Shown here piece by piece: positions 60,720-64,000 of a stretch of 64,000 nt of DNA; the stretch's first letter is position 1, and each line of letters opens with the position of its first letter. The notes under the pieces are model-generated. The model ran no database searches. It was not told the origin of the DNA and worked only from the letters and a program-made list of their open reading frames with translations. Origin of the DNA: Candidatus Latescibacterota bacterium (lineage in GTDB: Bacteria > Latescibacterota > UBA2968); contig OZ241986.1 of assembly GCA_965204375.1 (NCBI GenBank), forward strand, positions 5,792,001 to 5,856,000, written 5' to 3'. Both the position numbers and the translations under genes were made by a program.

Positions 60720-60808
60720 TATCGTGTACAAGCCGAAAAGCCTTTCCTGTCTAAATCTTATCTTCCTCTCTCACCACAGCCTTGTCAGGATTAATTCTTC
60801 GATAAACT

Positions 60809-60861
60809 GGTTGTCCAACCGTTATATCTCTGTCAGTTCTGGAACGTGCTCATCCTCATAT
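60809..60861. repeat. 53-bp direct repeat, copy 2 (isolated 3' end of the higA-like gene)
   Basis: 52/53 identical to 51020-51072. Encodes YEDEHVPELTEI* on the minus strand. Confidence 0.92.
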
Positions 60862-60867
60862 GGTGGG

Positions 60868-61545
60868 TTAGAACAACTTGCCTTGTTCTGGTTCCTGCGA
60901 AACGATCCTACTAAAGCTATTGAAAGAGTCCTTATTTTTGTCATTTTCTAATATCTGTTCAAGCAATTGTTGTTCGTATCTGGACAATGAAACGAATAAT
61001 GCAGCGGCACGTGCTTGACAATTGATAGAACGTTTCGGATTAAAAGCTATATCTGAAAAACCTTGAAAATTTTCGAGTTCTCGTGCCAGATTTTGATTTT
61101 GCCCCAGTGCCTGTATGTATAACCAGTTGTAGAAACCCGTTTGAGGTTTAATGGGAAAGTCTTCGCCGCAGAATTTAAAAGCGATTAACTCTCCTGAATT
61201 TCGCAACCGGGGGTCTGTTTTCGCTTCTCGACTTGACCGAGAATATAAATCCGTGTACGGACCACCTTTTTCAAACACTTTGCTGCCTTGATAGGCACAT
61301 TCCACTGACATTCTGTCTTTTTCGATGCGTATCGACAAATTAAAAGCACTCAATGACACGCCAAGGTATTCTGCCGATTTTCCCGATATTTCCAAAATTG
61401 GGGAGATGCCCGACCTTTCGTGTAAGGACTTGATAGATTTCTGTGCCTGCGATTTTGCAAAACCAGGATACCATTGGAACTCTATATTTTTTTCTTCAAC
61501 ATAGGGAGAACTTGAATACGGTATAAAAATAGGCCGTCTTGCCAT
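60868..61545 (-). CDS. DarT-associated NADAR-type antitoxin (DUF6977-like)
   Basis: MARRPIFIP, WYPGFAKSQ, LEISGKS, LSAFNL, SVECAYQGSKVF..GGPY.DL, FYNWLY, DIAFNP..SINCQAR; directly downstream of darT. Confidence 0.78.
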   Translation of the reverse strand: MARRPIFIPYSSSPYVEEKNIEFQWYPGFAKSQAQKSIKSLHERSGISPILEISGKSAEYLGVSLSAFNLSIRIEKDRMSVECAYQGSKVFEKGGPYTDLYSRSSREAKTDPRLRNSGELIAFKFCGEDFPIKPQTGFYNWLYIQALGQNQNLARELENFQGFSDIAFNPKRSINCQARAAALFVSLSRYEQQLLEQILENDKNKDSFNSFSRIVSQEPEQGKLF

Positions 61546-61583
61546 TTTTTGTATCTCCGGGTAATTTCTTTAATTGGATTATT

Positions 61584-62921
61584 TTAGGAGCCGCCATAAC
61601 GTTGCAAGATCTTTGCTACTTCAAGAGCATTGTTTGACCGTGCAAAGTGTAGAGGTGTCTCGCCATCTTTATTTTTCGCGTTCACATCTGCCCCTTGGTT
61701 CAACAAGACTGCTGCTGTTTGATAAGCATTTTTTAACGCCGCATTGTGCAGTGGCGTGTCGCCATCTTTATCTTTAGCGTTGACCTCTGCATCATGAATC
61801 AGCAAGACTGCTGCTGTTTGATAAGCATTTTTATATGCTGCAATGTGTAGGGGTGTAGAGCCATATTCGTTTTTGGCGTTGACCTCTGCATCATGAATCA
61901 GCAAGACTGCTGCTGTTTGATGAGCATTTTCTGTCGCTGCAATGTGTAGGGGGGTGTTGCCATATTTGTTCTTCGCGTTGACCTCCACACCATGAGTTGT
62001 CAGGAATGTAGTAAGCGCGGGCAAGTTCAGTTTTGTTGCAATATGGCGGTCGATCTCACCCTTATTATTTACCCTAATTGGGGATGGCTCGTAACCCACA
62101 TGTGCGATAAATGTCCGTTCTTGACGTTGCCTTTCGGCTTTCTCTGCGGCTTGTTTCTGACGTTGTCTTTCAGCTTCCTCTACCGCCAGTCTCGCTTGCT
62201 CTGCCGCTCGTTCTTGACGTTGTCTTTCGGCTTCCTCTGCGGCTTGTTTCTGACGTTGTCTTTCGGCTTCTTCTGTCCATACTTTCCAATCGTATCTTGG
62301 ATGAAAGTATTGTTTACTGACCACAAATGTTTTGGTATCCATTCCTGAATTTTGGGAATACCATTGTTCCAAAGCAGTTTTCTCACAAAAATGGACTTTC
62401 TTAATATACGCTACTGGAATTGGATTACAGACAAGGACTTCTGCTTGGGGATACGTTGGATAATGGTCAGGTATTGACAAGGATTGACGGCTGATGGTGC
62501 GATAATACTCTTTAAACATATTGTTTAACGCATCAGGATGTTTTCTATTCTCTAACGGAATATTACGAACAGTATTAGAAGCGGCATTTTCTTGGCAAAA
62601 TACGCAATCCAATTCCCATAACAGTTTTGCATCAAGCAACAAAACAACCCATTGTGACGGATTTTTAGATCTATATCTATAGAACATTTTATAGTTTGGA
62701 AAACCGATGCTCAGGCAGATAGCTTCTGGATGCTGGTCAAGCCGATCTTGGTCATTGAAGCGTGGCGGCTTCTTCAGTGGATCGCGTATTGTTTCTAGGG
62801 TCTCACGACTTAATAAACCTTCTCCTAAAATGCGACGCAGGTTTTTGATATGGGTAAAATGAACCAATATTTTTATGCCGCGGTCATGGCAGATCTGTTT
62901 TATGTTGGATGTGCGATTCAT
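61584..62921 (-). CDS. darT: DarT-family DNA ADP-ribosyltransferase (DUF4433) fused to a charged coiled-coil linker and ankyrin repeats
   Basis: LVHFTHIKNL..IL.EGLLSR, ND..RLD, ICLSI.FPN.KMF, QAEVLV..PIP. Then AEEAERQRQ repeats and four G.TPLH ankyrin motifs. Confidence 0.8.
   Translation of the reverse strand: MNRTSNIKQICHDRGIKILVHFTHIKNLRRILGEGLLSRETLETIRDPLKKPPRFNDQDRLDQHPEAICLSIGFPNYKMFYRYRSKNPSQWVVLLLDAKLLWELDCVFCQENAASNTVRNIPLENRKHPDALNNMFKEYYRTISRQSLSIPDHYPTYPQAEVLVCNPIPVAYIKKVHFCEKTALEQWYSQNSGMDTKTFVVSKQYFHPRYDWKVWTEEAERQRQKQAAEEAERQRQERAAEQARLAVEEAERQRQKQAAEKAERQRQERTFIAHVGYEPSPIRVNNKGEIDRHIATKLNLPALTTFLTTHGVEVNAKNKYGNTPLHIAATENAHQTAAVLLIHDAEVNAKNEYGSTPLHIAAYKNAYQTAAVLLIHDAEVNAKDKDGDTPLHNAALKNAYQTAAVLLNQGADVNAKNKDGETPLHFARSNNALEVAKILQRYGGS
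61680..61990. repeat. Near-identical 99-bp ankyrin-coding tandem repeats
   Basis: CAAGACTGCTGCTGTTTGA.AGCATTTT recurs at 99-bp spacing (about 61704, 61803, 61902). Confidence 0.8.
62118..62275. repeat. Short coding tandem repeats (EEAERQRQ[K/E][Q/R]AA)
   Basis: TGACGTTG[T/C]CTTTC[G/A]GCTT recurs four times. Confidence 0.75.
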
Positions 62922-63010
62922 TCTGGGATACCGCGAAATCAAGCTCTATGAGCAGTTAAAACCATATTCAATCTAATCGTAAATAAGCGATTATAAATCT
63001 AAATCCGAGG

Positions 63011-63418
63011 TCAAATTGGAAACTCTTTAAGAGATTCGTCAAAGCATTCGAAGAGTTTGTCTCCCTCTTCGGGAGAAACCTCTTTGGGTTCTTCATTTTT
63101 CGAAAAAACATACCCAAACTCGTTCTCTGCCAGTAAGTGGTCAATGGTCTTACAGATGGTCTTTTCGGTCAGGCTTTCGACAATTATCATGTCAGATGCC
63201 CCAAAATACAGACCACCCGCACACTCCCCAGTCTTTTTGTAACGCTTCATCAAGGCTTCAATATTCCGAAGGGTAAAGAAGACGGCAGAGAAACGCTCGC
63301 CATTGGGAAAGGTGACTTGAACATCGACGTTATCGTTGTTGGAATTCAGGGGTGTAGTTCCACGATAAATCGTCAATTTGTACTTATCGCGTTTAACAAT
63401 TGTGTAAGGCTTGCCCAT
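63011..63418 (-). CDS. Putative immunity-like protein
   Basis: DNVDV.V...NGE.F.A.FFT..NI..LM....KTGEC..G.YF.ASDMIIV pattern. Starts 2 nt after the upstream toxin-like ORF stop. Confidence 0.5.
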   Translation of the reverse strand: MGKPYTIVKRDKYKLTIYRGTTPLNSNNDNVDVQVTFPNGERFSAVFFTLRNIEALMKRYKKTGECAGGLYFGASDMIIVESLTEKTICKTIDHLLAENEFGYVFSKNEEPKEVSPEEGDKLFECFDESLKEFPI

Positions 63419-63420
63419 AG

Positions 63421-63714
63421 CTATTGACCTCCAAAACACTGTAAAACTTCATTGACTACCCTCTGTTGGTTATCCTTGCCAGAGACGCCTAAAATCTCAA
63501 TCTGGCCTTCTCTAATTCTCCAATAGACCCGCGCACCTCCACGGGTACGCGATTCGGTAATACCCCCACCAATGTATTTATTACCTATACCCGGATTTAT
63601 ATTTCCCTTTTTTAGTTGGTCGGTAATTTTCTTGATTTCTACCTGGAGAGATTTTAGCGTTTTCCTACCTTCACGGATTAGTAAGGGATTTTCGGGGATT
63701 CGATTGATTAGCAT
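63421..63714 (-). CDS. Small basic RelE/BECR-fold-like toxin domain (orphan module)
   Basis: GNINPGIG.K...E.R.RGGARVYWR...IEILG.S.K.NQ pattern; highly basic. Confidence 0.5.
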   Translation of the reverse strand: MLINRIPENPLLIREGRKTLKSLQVEIKKITDQLKKGNINPGIGNKYIGGGITESRTRGGARVYWRIREGQIEILGVSGKDNQQRVVNEVLQCFGGQ

Positions 63715-63840
63715 GAAGCAAACCACAACTTTCCAAAGGAGACCTGAAGATTTTGAAAGATAATTTTTAACATCTTGTTTGCATAGTATTTCTTTATAGT
63801 CAGTAAAGACAGGGGCCTGTTGTCATTTTTGTGATTTGAA

Positions 63841-64000
63841 TCACCCATAAGCACCTTTCTCATGCCGGCCCAATAACCGCTGCATTCGCGCGTTGGTTCC
63901 TGTCCAGACGTATTCTGGCATGCGGTAGTCGATGAATGGATATAGTCGCTGGGCGATGATCCGCTGGCTGTACACGACAGATCCTACATAGCGCACTTGA
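63841..64000 (-). CDS. C-terminal end of a probable PhyH-family dioxygenase (partial)
   Basis: Manual translation: QVRYVGSVVYSQRIIAQRLYPFIDYRMPEYVWTGTNARMQRLLGRHEKGAYG*. GC content returns to the backbone level here. Confidence 0.5.
   Translation of the reverse strand, partial: QVRYVGSVVYSQRIIAQRLYPFIDYRMPEYVWTGTNARMQRLLGRHEKGAYG

Noticed and set aside
51020-60861. Integron attC sites or prophage att sites
   Set aside because: The repeat lacks attC palindromic structure, no integrase or phage genes are present, and it is explained as a protein-coding 3' end.
61680-62275. Tandem DNA repeats as a CRISPR or non-coding array
   Set aside because: Unit lengths are multiples of three, with no unique spacers, and they lie in frame within the DarT-ankyrin ORF.

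Overview
This is a bacterial window, most consistent with an FCB-related lineage such as Latescibacterota or Gemmatimonadota-like bacteria. That assignment is inferred from GWxTD-TPR proteins, a PorV/TonB-receptor/CTD operon, FG-GAP-ASPIC proteins and several PhyH dioxygenases. About 1-30 kb and 40.7-50.8 kb are GC-richer backbone encoding envelope, TPR/HEAT, lipid-modifying and catabolic proteins; the TonB-dependent receptor there is split by a +1 frameshift in a T7 run. Two AT-richer accessory regions interrupt the backbone. The first (~31.6-40.7 kb) holds a 5'-truncated IS256-family element, a Gly-rich putative exported precursor, two paralogous Cys-rich membrane proteins and a C39-peptidase ABC exporter/HlyD/PpiC locus with two apparent internal deletions. 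The second (~50.8-63.8 kb) is a defence-type island between two PhyH genes. Its core is a five-gene operon: a DUF6884-fused DpdA-like guanine transglycosylase, NurA nuclease, HerA ATPase, UvrD-like helicase and a 4-Cys PD-(D/E)xK nuclease. The operon has its own near-consensus promoter and structured leader and is bracketed by a 53-bp direct repeat derived from the 3' end of a higA-like pseudogene. Next to it lie a DarT-ankyrin fusion with a NADAR-type antitoxin and an orphan RelE-fold toxin/immunity-like pair. The five-gene operon is the best candidate for an undescribed system. Family assignments come from motif recognition by eye; no searches were run.
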